This document shows positions 1 to 11,345 of a stretch of 64,000 nucleotides of DNA, piece by piece. Location of the stretch: contig OY969934.1 of the NCBI GenBank assembly GCA_963704725.1, positions 2,368,001 through 2,432,000 on the forward strand, in the 5' to 3' direction. The position numbers and the translations under genes were made by a program. Each line of letters starts with the position of its first letter. The stretch's first letter is position 1. A model generated the notes under the pieces. The model made no database searches. It was given only the letters and a program-made list of their open reading frames with translations, and was not told the origin of the DNA. Origin of the DNA: an uncultured Actinomycetes bacterium. Lineage in GTDB: Bacteria > Actinomycetota > UBA4738 > HRBIN12.

Positions 1-423
1 GTGAACGTGAACTACACGGGATCGTTCAGCGACGTCGCGCTCGCGACGGAGGCGGCCCGGAGCTTCGTGGCGGCCGACGCCGACGTCCTGACCGGCTCGG
101 CCCAGATGGTCGTCGGAGCGGTCGGGGTCGCGTCGGAGCGAGACGTGCCGTGGTTCGGGACGCAGGCCAACCAGACCTCGCTCGCCCCGAACATCGTCGT
201 GTCTTCCCAGGTCTACCACTGGGAGGTCGCCCTGCAGCAGATCATCGACGGCATCCGCGGTGGGACGCTGGGCGGCCAGAGCTACACGATCGATCTCGCC
301 AACGGCGGCGAGGTCATCGAGTTCAACCCGGATTACAGCGTTCCCGCCGACGTGCAGGCGGCCGGTGAGGACGCGATCGCCGGGCTCTCGGACGGCTCGA
401 TCACGACCGGCGTCTCCGAGTAG
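1..423 (+). CDS. BMP family (basic membrane protein) ABC transporter substrate-binding protein, 5'-truncated by window edge
   Basis: C-terminal part YTGSFSDVALATEAARSFVAADADVL...WFGTQANQ resembles BMP/PnrA; directly upstream of a two-domain sugar/nucleoside ABC ATPase. Confidence 0.75.
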   Translation: MNVNYTGSFSDVALATEAARSFVAADADVLTGSAQMVVGAVGVASERDVPWFGTQANQTSLAPNIVVSSQVYHWEVALQQIIDGIRGGTLGGQSYTIDLANGGEVIEFNPDYSVPADVQAAGEDAIAGLSDGSITTGVSE

Positions 424-448
424 CTCGAAGGGGCGAGGGGGAGGGACG

Positions 449-2041
449 GTGGAGGCGACCGCTCCGGGAACGGCCTCGGTGGAGGCCGCGCCGATGCTGG
501 AGATGCGCGGCATCACGAAGCGCTTCCCCGGAGTGGTCGCCAACCACCGGATCGACTTCGACGTGCGCGTCGGCGAGGTGCACACGCTCCTCGGCGAGAA
601 CGGGGCGGGCAAGAGCACGCTGATGCGCGTCCTCTACGGCCTGTACCGGGCGGACGAGGGCGAGATCCGCCTGGGCGGCGAGCGGGTCACCATCGCCTCT
701 CCCGCCGACGCGATCCGCAACGGCATCGGGATGATCCACCAGCACTTCATGCTCGTGCCCTCGCTCACCGTGGGCCAGAACGTCGCGCTGGGGCTGCGCT
801 CCTCGCGCGGCTTCCTCACGGACCCGGACCGCGTCGCCCGGACGGATCCGGGAGCTCTCGCAGGCCTACGGGCTCAAGGTCGACCCCGACGCGTACGTGT
901 GGCAGCTCTCCGTGGGCGAGCGCCAGCGCGTCGAGATCATGAAGGCGCTCTACCGCAACGCCACGCTGCTCGTGCTCGACGAGCCGACGGCGGTGCTCAC
1001 CCCACAGGAGGTGGACGACTTCTTCGTCATCCTGCGGCAGATGGTCCGCGACGGGCGTGGCCTCGTCTTCATCTCGCACAAGATCCGCGAGGTGCTCGCG
1101 CTCTCGGATCGCATCACCGTCCTGCGCGACGGTCGCACCGTCGGCACGGTCCTGCCCGCCGACGTGTCGCGGCGGGATCTCGCCAACATGATGGTGGGCC
1201 GCGAGATCGACACCGCCGAGCGGCCCACCGAGGCCTCGGCGGCCGAGGTTCGGCTGGTCGTGCGCGGGCTCCACGTTCGCGGCGACCGCGGGAACGAGGC
1301 GGTGCGGGGCGTCGACCTGGAGGTTCGCTCGGGCGAGGTCGTGGGGATCGCCGGCGTGTCCGGGAACGGGCAGCGCGAGCTGGCCGAGTCGATCGCCGGC
1401 CTCCGGCCGTCGACCGCGGGCTCGATCCTGCTCGACGGCGCCTCCCTGGACGGACGGGGGCCCGCGGAGGTGCGGGAGGCCGGGCTGGGCCACGTCCCCG
1501 AGGAGCGGATGCGCGACGGGGTGATCGGCGACTTCAGCGTGGCCGACAACCTGCTGCTCGTGGACAGTCGCTCCACCGACTACACGCGAATCTGGGGTTC
1601 CTGCGCAACCGCGCCATCCGCGGCCACTGCGAGCAGCTCGTCGCCGACTTCAACATCAAGGCGCCGAGCCTGGACACGCCGGCCCGAAACCTGTCGGGCG
1701 GCAACATCCAGAAGCTGATCCTGGCCCGAGAGCTCTCCGGGCGGCCCCGCGCCCTCCTGGTCGCGCAGCCCACGCGCGGCGTCGACGTCGGCGCCGCCGA
1801 GTACATCCACCGCCGCCTGATGGAGCAGCGCGCCGCCGGCACCGCCATCTTGATCATCTCGGAGGACCTGGACGAGATCCTGTCGCTCTCGGACCGGATC
1901 CTCGTCGTGTACGAGGGGTCGATCATCGGGGAGGTGGATCCCCGGACGACGGCCCGGGAGACCCTGGGGCTGATGATGGCCGGCGTCCGGGCCGACGCGG
2001 CGGACGATCGGGCCGGGGCCCCCTCCTCGCGCGAGGACTAG
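449..2041 (+). CDS. Nucleoside/sugar ABC transporter ATP-binding protein with two ATPase domains; two apparent frameshifts (~840, ~1590)
   Basis: Walker A GENGAGKST, LSVGERQRVEI and LDEPTAVLT (second frame), LSGGNIQKLILAREL and QPTRGVDVGA (first frame again); spread over ORFs 260..2041 and 897..1718. Confidence 0.85.
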   Translation: MEATAPGTASVEAAPMLEMRGITKRFPGVVANHRIDFDVRVGEVHTLLGENGAGKSTLMRVLYGLYRADEGEIRLGGERVTIASPADAIRNGIGMIHQHFMLVPSLTVGQNVALGLRSSRGFLTDPDRVARTDPGALAGLRAQGRPRRVRVAALRGRAPARRDHEGALPQRHAARARRADGGAHPTGGGRLLRHPAADGPRRAWPRLHLAQDPRGARALGSHHRPARRSHRRHGPARRRVAAGSRQHDGGPRDRHRRAAHRGLGGRGSAGRARAPRSRRPRERGGAGRRPGGSLGRGRGDRRRVRERAARAGRVDRRPPAVDRGLDPARRRLPGRTGARGGAGGRAGPRPRGADARRGDRRLQRGRQPAARGQSLHRLHANLGFLRNRAIRGHCEQLVADFNIKAPSLDTPARNLSGGNIQKLILARELSGRPRALLVAQPTRGVDVGAAEYIHRRLMEQRAAGTAILIISEDLDEILSLSDRILVVYEGSIIGEVDPRTTARETLGLMMAGVRADAADDRAGAPSSRED

Positions 2042-2168
2042 CGTGCGGCGCCACCGAACGTCTTCCGACGGCGCCGAAGGAGGGGAACGCCGAGGGTCGG
2101 GCGGCCCTGCCGCGAAAGGCCGGGCGACCGCTTTCGGCGTGCCCGGCGGGGCCGATGGTTCCATCGGC

Positions 2169-4250
2169 ATGGACGATCGCTCCGCCTCATCCGCCGTCGG
2201 CTCCGGCGAGCCGCTCGAGTTCCCCGGAACGCTCGAGCGCCAGCTCCGGGACTCCCCCGAGCTCGTCGAGCGCCTCCTGGAGGAGATGCCCGCGGGGTTC
2301 CTCAGCGTGGACGGCAACCTGCGGGTGCGCTACCTCAACCGGGCCGCGGAGGTCTCCTGGGGGTTCTCCCGGCAGGAGTGCCTGGGCCGCGGCATCTGGG
2401 AGATCTGGCCCGAGGCGGCCACGCCGGAGACCATCGACGCCATGGTCCGGATGGCCTCGACCGGCGAGCCGGTGCAGTTCGAGACCTTCTACGAGCTCTA
2501 CCACCAGTGGATCCAGGTGTTCGCGTTCCCCGCCACCGACGGGTTCTCCGCGTTCTTCCTCGACATCACCGCTCGACGGACCGCCGAGCTCGAGCGCAAC
2601 GCCGCCGAGGCGAGGTACCGGGACATCATCGAGGAGGTCCCGGCCATCACCTACCTCGAACGACGCCACGGAGGTGCGCGGAGGCACCATCTTCGTCAGC
2701 CCGCAGTCCAAGCAGATCCTCGGGTACTCGCCCGAGGAGTGGATCCTCAACCGCGAGCTGTGGTACCAGCTGCTCCATCCCGACGATCGCGACGCGGTGA
2801 TGGCGCAGAGCGTTCGCTGCCGCGAGCTCGGCGCCACGTTCGAGGCCGAGTACCGGATGCTCGCCCGGGACGGACGGGTGGTCTGGGTCCACGACCGATC
2901 GACACCGGTCCTGGGTCCCGGCGGGCGGCCGAAGCTCGTCCACGGGGTCATGGTCGACATCACGGCCCATCGGCTGGCCCAGGAGGAGATCGAACGCCGG
3001 GAGGCGATCCTCGCCGCGGTCGGGTTCGCCGCCGAGCGGCTCCTACGATCCGATCGGTGGGAGTCCGCGATCGACGACGTCCTGTGCCGGCTCGGCGAAT
3101 CGGCGGCCGTGGACCGCGTCGACCTCATCGAGCTCCAGGCCGACGGAACGGACCTGTGCGCATGGAGCCGTGCCGAATGGTGCGGCCCCGGGATCGACTC
3201 GGTCGGCGACGGGCTCCAGGGGCATGCCGATGCCCGGGAGCCCACGAGTGGGTCTCCAGGCTCGAGGCCGGGGAGACGCACGCCGGCACGCCCGCCGAAG
3301 GCACGCCGTGCCCCTACCTCTCGGACGTTCGCACGTTCGCGCTCGCGCCGCTGCTGGTGGCGTCGCGCCTGTGGGGGTTCCTCGCGCTGGGCGAGGTCAC
3401 CACGGACCGGACATGGACGGCGGCCGAGCGGGACGCCGTCGCCGCGGCCGCGGCGGCCGTGGCCACCGCGATGGAGCGACAACAGGCCACGCGCGCGCTC
3501 CGCGAGAGCGTCGAGGCGCTCAGCCGGTCGAACGAGGACCGGCAGCGACTCCTGGCTCGCCTGGTCAAGGCGCAGGAGGAGGAGCGGGAACGGGTCGCGA
3601 ACGATCTCCACGACGACTCGATCCAGATCATGACCGCGGTCGGGCTGCGGCTGGCGGTCCTGCGCGGCCAGGTGAAGGACGGGGCCGCGGAGCAAACGCT
3701 CACGAACGCCGAGGCCACGGTGGCGGAGGCGATCCGCCGCCTGCGCCGGGTCCTGTTCGAGCTGCGGCCGTTGAGCCTGGACAGCTCGGGCCTCGCCACG
3801 GCCATCGGCGACCACGTCCGGTTGATGGACGAGCCGGACGCACCCGAGTTCTCGATCGACGACCGGCTCCTGACGGAGCCCCCGGTCGAGGCCAGGACGA
3901 TCCTGTACCGCATCGCGCAGGAGGCGCTCACGAACGTCCGCAAGCACGCCCGGGCGGAGCACGCCTGGATCGAGCTCAGCTCCGAGGGTGAGGGGGTGCG
4001 CGTGCGGATCCGGGACGACGGCGTGGGGTTCGATCCCTCGTCCCGGCCGAACGGGGGCCTCGGACACGTGGGGATCCCGTCCATGCGCGAGCGCGCCAAT
4101 CTCGCCGGCGGGTGGCTCCGGATCGACGGGACGCCCGGCGCCGGGACGACGGTGGAGTGCTGGATCCCGCGGATCGCCGCGCCGCCGAACGGCGACGGGT
4201 CGGCTACGGGTGCGGATCCAGGACCATCGGTGGCAGTGGATCCTGCGTGA
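2169..4250 (+). CDS. PAS-PAS-GAF sensor histidine kinase of NarX/UhpB (HisKA_3) type; two apparent frameshifts (~2660, ~3235)
   Basis: PAS motifs (YLNRAAE..WG; [24 protein letters not shown] in the 2155 frame), H-box [13 protein letters not shown]-box [28 protein letters not shown]. Confidence 0.85.
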   Translation: MDDRSASSAVGSGEPLEFPGTLERQLRDSPELVERLLEEMPAGFLSVDGNLRVRYLNRAAEVSWGFSRQECLGRGIWEIWPEAATPETIDAMVRMASTGEPVQFETFYELYHQWIQVFAFPATDGFSAFFLDITARRTAELERNAAEARYRDIIEEVPAITYLERRHGGARRHHLRQPAVQADPRVLARGVDPQPRAVVPAAPSRRSRRGDGAERSLPRARRHVRGRVPDARPGRTGGLGPRPIDTGPGSRRAAEARPRGHGRHHGPSAGPGGDRTPGGDPRRGRVRRRAAPTIRSVGVRDRRRPVPARRIGGRGPRRPHRAPGRRNGPVRMEPCRMVRPRDRLGRRRAPGACRCPGAHEWVSRLEAGETHAGTPAEGTPCPYLSDVRTFALAPLLVASRLWGFLALGEVTTDRTWTAAERDAVAAAAAAVATAMERQQATRALRESVEALSRSNEDRQRLLARLVKAQEEERERVANDLHDDSIQIMTAVGLRLAVLRGQVKDGAAEQTLTNAEATVAEAIRRLRRVLFELRPLSLDSSGLATAIGDHVRLMDEPDAPEFSIDDRLLTEPPVEARTILYRIAQEALTNVRKHARAEHAWIELSSEGEGVRVRIRDDGVGFDPSSRPNGGLGHVGIPSMRERANLAGGWLRIDGTPGAGTTVECWIPRIAAPPNGDGSATGADPGPSVAVDPA

Positions 4251-5610
4251 AGTCGAACTCCCTGAGCAGGTTCCCCAGGATCGGCACGTCCTCTCGAACC
4301 GTGGGACGGGAGTCGGGGCGGCTCATCGTCGCCGGGTCCAGGCGCTGGCCGCCCAGGTAGAGGTCCTCGATCAGCTTCAGGTACGCGTCGAACGACAGCG
4401 TCTGCGAGTCGATCGTCCCCGCCTCGGCCCACGGGCTGATCATCAGGCCGGGCACGCGGATCCCGTAGCCGTTGACGTCCACCCGGGGCGGGCGGAGGTG
4501 ATCGTAGAACCCTCCCCAGTCGTCCCACGTGATGAAGATCGCCGTCTCGTCCCAGTCCGGACCGTTCATCGCCGCGTTCACGACCTGCGTGACGTGCCGC
4601 TGTCCCCTCCACACCGGCTCGCCGGCCCCGGGGTGCTCCCCGACGCCGGTGTACGGCATGACCCATGACACGGTCGGCAGCGTTCCGGCGGCGGCCTGGG
4701 CGAAGAAGTCCTCGTGCGGCCGGACGTTCTGGACCTGGTGGTTCTCGCGGACCGTGGTGAACCAGGGCAGTGGGTCCTGCTGGGCCACGGTGCGCCGCAC
4801 GCCGCCCTGGACGTTCGTGCACTCGAACGCGCAGGTGTCGTCGCCCACGTAGTAGGCCCAGCTCACGTCCTGCTCGTGGAGCAGATAGGTGATGTCGGTC
4901 CACGCGTAGAGCGCCCGGTCCTTCTTGGCGCGCTGCGCGGACGCCTCGGCCGAGAGCGAGAGGTCCGAGGAGCAGCTCATCGGGTCGTGCGGGTCGTTGC
5001 AGTGGGCCGCCCACGCCGAGACGAGGAACAGGTGCGCCGGCAGCGTCCAGGAGTCCGCCGGCGCGAACATGTGGTCCTGCAGGACGAAGTTCCTGGCGTA
5101 CGCCCAGTAGTTGGGGATCTCACGCTGGGTCATGTAGCTCATCACGTCGGGCTGCCCCTGCGGCCCGAGGTAGCTTGCGCAGGACGGGTCGCTCCGGTGG
5201 TCCGCGCAGAAGATCGGGCTGTCGATCACCGTGCGGACGAACCCGTCCATCCTTCCGCCGTCCACGTCGGCCCGCGAGTGTCGCTGCGCGTGCGGGCCGC
5301 CCTGCTGCAGCTGGCTGTCCGTGTGATACGGGCGCACGCACCGGTGCAGGATCGGATCCGGCACGCAGACGCTCGGATGCCCGTTCCGCATGGGGATCCC
5401 GTCGGCGCCGGGGAAGGTCCCGAAGTAGTGATCGAAGGACCGGTTCTCCTGCACGATGAAGATGAGGTGCTTCAGGTGGGCCTGCGCCTGCTCGAGCTGG
5501 CTGAGCCTGCTCGAAGAAGGCCTCGACGCGCGGGCGGCGTCCCCCCCTCCGCCACTGCAGGCCGCCACCAGGGCCACGCTCGCCAACAGGATCGGGATCG
5601 TCCGCCTCAT
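4204..5610 (-). CDS. Phosphoesterase / phospholipase C (alkaline phosphatase superfamily) lipoprotein
   Basis: [18 protein letters not shown] lipobox; [21 protein letters not shown] and GIRVP motifs; C-terminal part of ORF 4204..7470. Confidence 0.85.
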   Translation of the reverse strand: MRRTIPILLASVALVAACSGGGGDAARASRPSSSRLSQLEQAQAHLKHLIFIVQENRSFDHYFGTFPGADGIPMRNGHPSVCVPDPILHRCVRPYHTDSQLQQGGPHAQRHSRADVDGGRMDGFVRTVIDSPIFCADHRSDPSCASYLGPQGQPDVMSYMTQREIPNYWAYARNFVLQDHMFAPADSWTLPAHLFLVSAWAAHCNDPHDPMSCSSDLSLSAEASAQRAKKDRALYAWTDITYLLHEQDVSWAYYVGDDTCAFECTNVQGGVRRTVAQQDPLPWFTTVRENHQVQNVRPHEDFFAQAAAGTLPTVSWVMPYTGVGEHPGAGEPVWRGQRHVTQVVNAAMNGPDWDETAIFITWDDWGGFYDHLRPPRVDVNGYGIRVPGLMISPWAEAGTIDSQTLSFDAYLKLIEDLYLGGQRLDPATMSRPDSRPTVREDVPILGNLLREFDFTQDPLPPMVLDPHP

Positions 5611-7037
5611 CGCCGTCCTCCCCCGCCGGGCGTCGGATCCAGGATCAGAGGCGGGATCGGATCCTGGTCGAAGTCGAACTCCTCCCGCAGGTCCCCGAGC
5701 AGCCCCACGTCCTCGCGAACGGTCGGCCGGGGATCGGGACGTCCATCGGTGCGTGGGTCGAGCCGCTGTCCGTCGAGGAACAGGTCCTCGATCAGCTTCA
5801 GGTACGCGTCGAAGCCGAGGGTCTGGTCGTCGATCGTCCCGCCCCTGGCCCACGGGCTGATGAGGATCCCCGGCACACGGATGCCGTACCCGTTCTCGTC
5901 GACGCGGGGCGGGGGGACGTGATCGTAGAAGCCGCCCCAGTCGTCCCAGGTGAGGAAGATCGCCGTCCGGTCCCACAGCGGGCTCCGCATGAGGGCGTTG
6001 ACCACCCGCGTGACGTGGGCCTGCCCCCTCGACAGCGGCGCGCCGTTGCCCGGGTGCTCGCTGTCGAGGCCGCCGGGCATCACCCACGAGACCGCGGGGA
6101 GCGAGCCGTCCCGGGCGGCGTCGAAGAAGTCCTCGTGGGTCTGGATGCGGTCCTGGGTGTGCTGCTCGTGGACGGTGGTGAACGCGGGGAGGGGGTTCTG
6201 GGCCGGCGGCGTCTTCTGTGGGGCGCCGGCGTCGCAGAACGCGTCGGGGTTCAGGCACGTGTCGTCGCCCACGTAATACGCCCAGCTCACGCCGCCCCTC
6301 GTGAGCAGGTAGGTGATGTCCGTCCACCCGTAGATCGCCGGATGCAGGCCGTGCCGCTGACGGTCCACGACGCCGTCCTGCTCGAGGTCGGACCGGCAGC
6401 TCATCGGATCGCGCGGATCCTCGCACCGGGCCGCCCAGCCCGAGACGAGGAACAGGTGGGAGGGCAGCGTCCACGAGTCCGTCGGCGCGAAGAAGCGATC
6501 CTGCAGCACGAACGTCCTCGCGTAGGCCCAGTAGTTCGGGATCTCGTCGGCCGTGTGGTAGCCCATGACGTCCGGCTGCCCCTGCGGTCCGACGTCGTCG
6601 CGGCACGAGGGCTTGTCGCGGTGTTCGGCGCAGAAGTTGGGACCGTCGACCAGCGTCCGGACGAACCCGTCCATCCGACCCCCGTCGACGTCGCGCACCG
6701 AGTGCCGATGCCCGTGCGGGCCTCCCTCGCCGACCAGGGTTCGGTCGTGGTAGGGGCGGACGCAGTGGCCGAGGACCGGGTCCGGGACGCACACCGCCGG
6801 CCGGCCGCCACGCATGGGGATCCCGTCGGCGCCGGGGAACGTGCCGAAGTAATGGTCGAACGAGCGGTTCTCCTGGACCACGAACACCAGGTGCTCGATG
6901 TGCTCGAAGCCCTGGAGGCGGGCATCGCCCGAGGACGCGGCGTCCGGCGCCGGTCCGGACGACGCCGCGCACGCGGTCGCGATCGGTACGCAGGCGGCCG
7001 CGATGAGCGCGAGCCGCGAGCGGACAGGCATCGTCAT
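5607..7037 (-). CDS. Phosphoesterase / phospholipase C lipoprotein, tandem paralog of the downstream gene
   Basis: Signal peptide with lipobox-like IATAC; [11 protein letters not shown] and [10 protein letters not shown]; 4-bp ATGA overlap with paralog. Confidence 0.85.
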   Translation of the reverse strand: MTMPVRSRLALIAAACVPIATACAASSGPAPDAASSGDARLQGFEHIEHLVFVVQENRSFDHYFGTFPGADGIPMRGGRPAVCVPDPVLGHCVRPYHDRTLVGEGGPHGHRHSVRDVDGGRMDGFVRTLVDGPNFCAEHRDKPSCRDDVGPQGQPDVMGYHTADEIPNYWAYARTFVLQDRFFAPTDSWTLPSHLFLVSGWAARCEDPRDPMSCRSDLEQDGVVDRQRHGLHPAIYGWTDITYLLTRGGVSWAYYVGDDTCLNPDAFCDAGAPQKTPPAQNPLPAFTTVHEQHTQDRIQTHEDFFDAARDGSLPAVSWVMPGGLDSEHPGNGAPLSRGQAHVTRVVNALMRSPLWDRTAIFLTWDDWGGFYDHVPPPRVDENGYGIRVPGILISPWARGGTIDDQTLGFDAYLKLIEDLFLDGQRLDPRTDGRPDPRPTVREDVGLLGDLREEFDFDQDPIPPLILDPTPGGGGRR

Positions 7038-7129
7038 CGGCGACCGAGCCTACCAACGGCCGCCCGGGTGGGCGCCCGCGTCGGGCATTGAGAGTATGTG
7101 GCACCCGCCCGAGCGTGAAGGAGCCCGCC

Positions 7130-8593
7130 GTGGAACCGCAGGGAGCATCGCCCGGCAAGACCCTCGTGACCCTGATCCCCGGGGACGGCATCGGCCCCGA
7201 GTGCGTGCGCTCGGCCCAGCGGATCGTCGAGGCGGCCGGGGCGAGGATCGAATGGGAGGAGCGGGAGGCGGGCGCGGAGGTCTTCAAGCGAGGGCTCCCC
7301 TCGGGCGTGCCGGAGGAGACGATCGAGTCGATCGAGCGCACGCGCGTCGTCCTCAAGGGCCCCCTCGAAACCCCGGTGGGCTTCGGCGAGAAGAGCGCCA
7401 ACGTCACGCTCCGCAAGCTGTTCGAGACGTACGCCAACGTCCGGCCCGTGCGCGAGCTGCCCGGCGTCACGACGCCCTACACCGGGCGAGGGATCGACCT
7501 CGTCGTCGTCCGGGAGAACGTCGAGGACCTGTACGCCGGCATCGAGCACATGCAGACGCCAGGCGTGGCCCAGACGTTGAAGCTGATCAGCCGCAAGGGG
7601 TGCGAGAAGATCGTGCGCTTCGGGTTCGAGCTCGCCATCGCCGAGGGCCGCAGCACGGTGCACTGCGCCACCAAGGCCAACATCATGAAGTTCTCCGAGG
7701 GGATGCTGAAGCGCACGTTCGAGGAGATCGCGCCCGAGTACCCCGGCATCGAGGCGTGGCACATCATCGTCGACAACTGCGCCCACCAGCTCGTGAAGCG
7801 GCCGGAGCAGTTCGACGTGCTGATCACGACGAACATGAACGGCGACATCCTGTCGGACGAGTCGAGCGCCCTGGTCGGCGGGCTCGGCTACGCGCCGAGC
7901 GCCAACATCGGGACCGACGTCGCGATCTTCGAGGCCGTGCACGGCTCGGCGCCGAAGTACGCGGGCAAGGACGTCATCAACCCCACGGCGGTGATCCTGT
8001 CGGCGGTGCTGATGCTGCGGTACCTCGGCGAGTTCGAGGTCGCCGCCGACGTCGAGCACGCGATCCTGGTCACGCTCGAGCAGGGGGTCCTGACCGGCGA
8101 CGTGATGGGCTACGACCGCGGCACGCCGACGTCGCGATACACGGACACGATCATCGAGAACCTCGGCAAGCGCTCGGAGCGGTGGGAGGTCCGCGACTAC
8201 AAGCCGATCTCCGTCCCCCGCGTGAGCGCCCGGCCCGACTTCGTCCAGGCCGCCGCTCGCTCCGCCGTGGGCCTGGACGTCTTCGTCGAGTCCGCGCTCG
8301 GCCCCGACGAGCTGGGGGCGAGCCTTCGCGAGCTCACGGCGGGCGCCGACCTCGAGCTGCGGTCGGTCGCCAATCGCGGCCGGCAGGTCTACCCCCCCAC
8401 CGGCGCCGCCGCCGACATGGTCGACCACTACGCCTGCCGGTTCCTGCTCGGCCGGCCCGCCGACGACCTGCCCGAGGAGGCCGTCCACGACCTCCTCGCC
8501 CGGATCTCGTCGCGGCACCGGTGGATGCATCTGGAGAAGCTGCAGGAGTTCGACGGCGCGCCGGGCTTCACCCGGGCCCAGGGGGAGAACTGA
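7130..8593 (+). CDS. icd: NADP-dependent isocitrate dehydrogenase (long type with C-terminal extension)
   Basis: [55 protein letters not shown]; GAAGGAG RBS before GTG. Confidence 0.9.
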   Translation: MEPQGASPGKTLVTLIPGDGIGPECVRSAQRIVEAAGARIEWEEREAGAEVFKRGLPSGVPEETIESIERTRVVLKGPLETPVGFGEKSANVTLRKLFETYANVRPVRELPGVTTPYTGRGIDLVVVRENVEDLYAGIEHMQTPGVAQTLKLISRKGCEKIVRFGFELAIAEGRSTVHCATKANIMKFSEGMLKRTFEEIAPEYPGIEAWHIIVDNCAHQLVKRPEQFDVLITTNMNGDILSDESSALVGGLGYAPSANIGTDVAIFEAVHGSAPKYAGKDVINPTAVILSAVLMLRYLGEFEVAADVEHAILVTLEQGVLTGDVMGYDRGTPTSRYTDTIIENLGKRSERWEVRDYKPISVPRVSARPDFVQAAARSAVGLDVFVESALGPDELGASLRELTAGADLELRSVANRGRQVYPPTGAAADMVDHYACRFLLGRPADDLPEEAVHDLLARISSRHRWMHLEKLQEFDGAPGFTRAQGEN

Positions 8594-8714
8594 CGTCCTC
8601 GGCGGGCGTTCGGGCGGTGCCGAGGCGTGGGAGAAGTACCGGATTGACCGGGCACGGGCTCCGGTGGAGCATGGCCGCCCCGAGACGATCTCCGACGGAA
8701 AGGAACCCTTCCGC

Positions 8715-9960
8715 ATGCGCAACCCACACCGCGCGTCCGCGCTGGTCGCGGCCGTCGCGATCGCGGGCGGCCTGACCTCGCTCGGCCCGCTCTCGCTCGC
8801 GGCCCCCAGCGACGCCGGCTCGATCGTCTTCACCACGTTTCGCGACGGGAACGCCGAGATCTACGTGATGGCCGCGGACGGCACGGGCGCGGTCAACCTC
8901 ACACGGAACGCCGCGGCGGATACCCAGGCTGCGGTCTCCCCCGACGGGTCTCGCATCGCGTTCGTGTCGGATCGGGACGCGGGCGACCAGGAGATCTACG
9001 TCATGAACGCCGACGGCACGCACGTCGCCCGCCTGACCGAGTCGCCGGGCGCGGACCTCGCCCCGGCATGGTCGCCCGACGGCACGATGATCGCCTTCCA
9101 GACCGAGCGGGACGGCAACTTCGAGATCTACGTGATGGCCGCGGACGGGACCGACCCCGTGAACCTGACGAACCTCCCCGGCGCCGACACCACGCCTGAG
9201 TGGCGCCCCGACGGCCTGCGGATCGCCTTCGGCTCCGACCGCGACGGCGACGCCGAGATCTGGGACATGGTCCCGGACGGGACCGGGCCGGTCAACCTCA
9301 CCAACAACCCGTCGCGGGAGGCGAATCCCAGCTACGCCCCCGACGGCACGGCGATCGTCTTCGACACGAACCGCGACGCCGGGAATCTTCGAGATCTACG
9401 TCATGGGCGCGGACGGGACCTCGCCGACCCGACTGTCGAACGACGAGGCCGCCGACACGGACCCCTCGTTCTCGCCGGACGGGACCGCGATCGCCTTCCA
9501 GACGGATCGGGACGACAGCCTCGAGATCTACACGATGGCCGCCGACGGGACCGATCCCACCCGGCTCACGACGACCAAGGAGAACGACGTCCAGCCCGAT
9601 TGGAGCGACGTGAGCGGCGCGTCGCCCCCGGGAGGTGGGGGGTGCACCATCCGCGGGACCTCCTCCGGCGAGACGCTCCGCGGGACGACCGGCGACGACG
9701 TGATCTGCGGCCTAGGGGGCGACGACCGGCTCGTGGGACTGGGCGGGAACGACACCCTGAAGGGCGGGGGCGGCGGCGACACGCTGATCGGGGGACCCGG
9801 GGTCGACACCTTCCTGGCCGGCGGGGGGGACGACGTGGTGCGAGCGCAGGACTCCACGGACGAGGACGTGGACGCCGGCCGGGGCGACGATGTGTGCCGG
9901 ATCGACGCACGGGACACCGCGGAGGGGTGCGAGCGGGTGATCCGCCCTCCGAAGAACTGA
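8715..9960 (+). CDS. Secreted TolB-like (PD40) beta-propeller protein with C-terminal RTX/Ca-binding glycine repeats; frameshift ~9386
   Basis: Signal peptide; repeated P(A/S)WSPDG..IAF.T.RDG..EIYVMAADG units; GLGGDDRL, GLGGNDTL, GGGGGDTL nonamers; continues in ORF 9403..9960. Confidence 0.8.
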
Positions 9961-10009
9961 CGCCGAAGCCGGAGGAGCCGCTCGCGAGGAGGCTCGATAC
10001 CCTGGGTCG

Positions 10010-10660
10010 GTGACGAACTCCGACGGGCTCCTCGACGCCGCGACGACGCTCGAGCTGGCCGACTGGCGCCGCAGGATCGCCGAGCTCTACGCGGAGGTAC
10101 GCGGCGCCCGGGACCCCCGAACCGCCTACGAGCGGTGGCGATCGGTGCGCGAGGAGCTCTTCCGCACCCACGCGGCGTCCCCGATCCCCCCGGGGGACCG
10201 CGCCGCGTACGAGGGCATCCCCTGCTTCCCGCACGACCCCTCCGCTCGCGTGCTCGGCAGGATCGAGCCGGCGACACCGGAGCGCTTCGACATCGCGGAC
10301 AGCGGTGACGGCTCGTTCGCGTTCCGGCGGGTGGGCCGTGTCCGGTTCGAGCTCCACGGCCGCGAGTCCGCACTCGACCTGTTCTGGATGGAGGGGTACG
10401 CGGGCGGGTTCTTCCTCCCGTTCCTCGACGCCACGAGCGGGGACGAGACCTACGGCGGGGGCCGGTACCTGCTGGACACGGTGAAGGGCGCCGACCACGG
10501 GGTCGAGGGTGACGCCCTCGTCCTGGACTTCAACCTGGCCTATCCCCCGTCCTGCTCGTACGACCCGCGCTGGGTGTGCCCCCTGGCGCCCCCGGGCAGC
10601 CGGCTGTCCGTGCCGGTCCGCGCCGGCGAGCGCTCGCCGCGATCGGCTCGGCTCACATGA
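10010..10660 (+). CDS. DUF1684 domain protein
   Basis: FLPFLDATSGDETYGGGRYL and LDFNLAYPPSCSYDPRWVCPL motifs. Confidence 0.85.
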   Translation: MTNSDGLLDAATTLELADWRRRIAELYAEVRGARDPRTAYERWRSVREELFRTHAASPIPPGDRAAYEGIPCFPHDPSARVLGRIEPATPERFDIADSGDGSFAFRRVGRVRFELHGRESALDLFWMEGYAGGFFLPFLDATSGDETYGGGRYLLDTVKGADHGVEGDALVLDFNLAYPPSCSYDPRWVCPLAPPGSRLSVPVRAGERSPRSARLT

Positions 10661-11225
10661 GCGTGGCCTGGACGCCTCCGTCGTAGACGAGTCTCCCGTC
10701 CTCGAGCCGAGCCTGCGGATGGAGCTCGTGCTCCTCGATCCGGCCGTCGACCAGGTGGCGAACCCGACCTCCGCCGGCCACGATGGCATCCGCGATCATG
10801 CGCCGGTGGCACCGGCGCCAGTCGGCCTCGGCGCAGAGGAAGGCCGTCGGGAGTTCCCTCCCCCACGACAGGAGCCGGGCGAGGCCCTCCCGGAACACGC
10901 TCGTCTCCATGTGGTCGGCGTAGCCGCGGAAGGCGTCGACCCGCAGGGCCGTGTGCCGGGAGCCGATCTTCGGCCTGCGGAACCCGCCGAGCTCGGTGCC
11001 GACCCAGCGGTACTCGATGCCGTCACGTTCCGCCGATCGGCGCAGCGCCTCGGCCGCGAACTGAGGGTTCCGGCGCGATCCCGGCGCCACCCGCACGTCG
11101 ACGAGCCGGCGCACGCCGGCGCAGTTCAGGGTCGACAGCAACGAACCGATCGCCTGCGTGCCGTGTCCCACGCTGAACAGCACGAAAGACGTCCGTTCGG
11201 CGACCGTCGATGGGTTGGGCTCCAC
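10653..11225 (-). CDS. DUF488 domain protein
   Basis: SVGHG, LVDVR..PGSRRNPQF, LGGFR, CAEADWRRCHRRMIAD. Confidence 0.85.
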   Translation of the reverse strand: MEPNPSTVAERTSFVLFSVGHGTQAIGSLLSTLNCAGVRRLVDVRVAPGSRRNPQFAAEALRRSAERDGIEYRWVGTELGGFRRPKIGSRHTALRVDAFRGYADHMETSVFREGLARLLSWGRELPTAFLCAEADWRRCHRRMIADAIVAGGGRVRHLVDGRIEEHELHPQARLEDGRLVYDGGVQATLM

Positions 11226-11269
11226 GCCGGTTCGGTATCCTTCCTCCCGCTCGGCCCAGGCCGGGTCTC

Positions 11270-11345
11270 GGTCCCATCGTCTAGTGGCCTAGGACACCAC
11301 CCTCTCAAGGTGGAGACACGGGTTCGAACCCCGTTGGGACTACCA
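11270..11345 (+). tRNA. tRNA-Glu (anticodon CTC)
   Basis: Acceptor GGTCCCA/TGGGACT, D loop TCTAGTGGCCTAGGA, anticodon arm CCACC-CTCTCAA-GGTGG, T loop GGTTCGAAC, encoded CCA; 76 nt. Confidence 0.97.

Noticed and set aside
830-9400. Frameshifts at ~840, ~1590, ~2660, ~3235 and ~9386 (also ~63175) as programmed recoding or pseudogenes
   Set aside because: Single-base indels in unrelated genes with no slippery motifs or in-frame stops; most simply sequencing or assembly errors. Read mapping would decide.
8830-9900. Periodic DNA repeats suggesting an array
   Set aside because: Explained by protein PD40 and RTX repeats; no repeat-spacer structure
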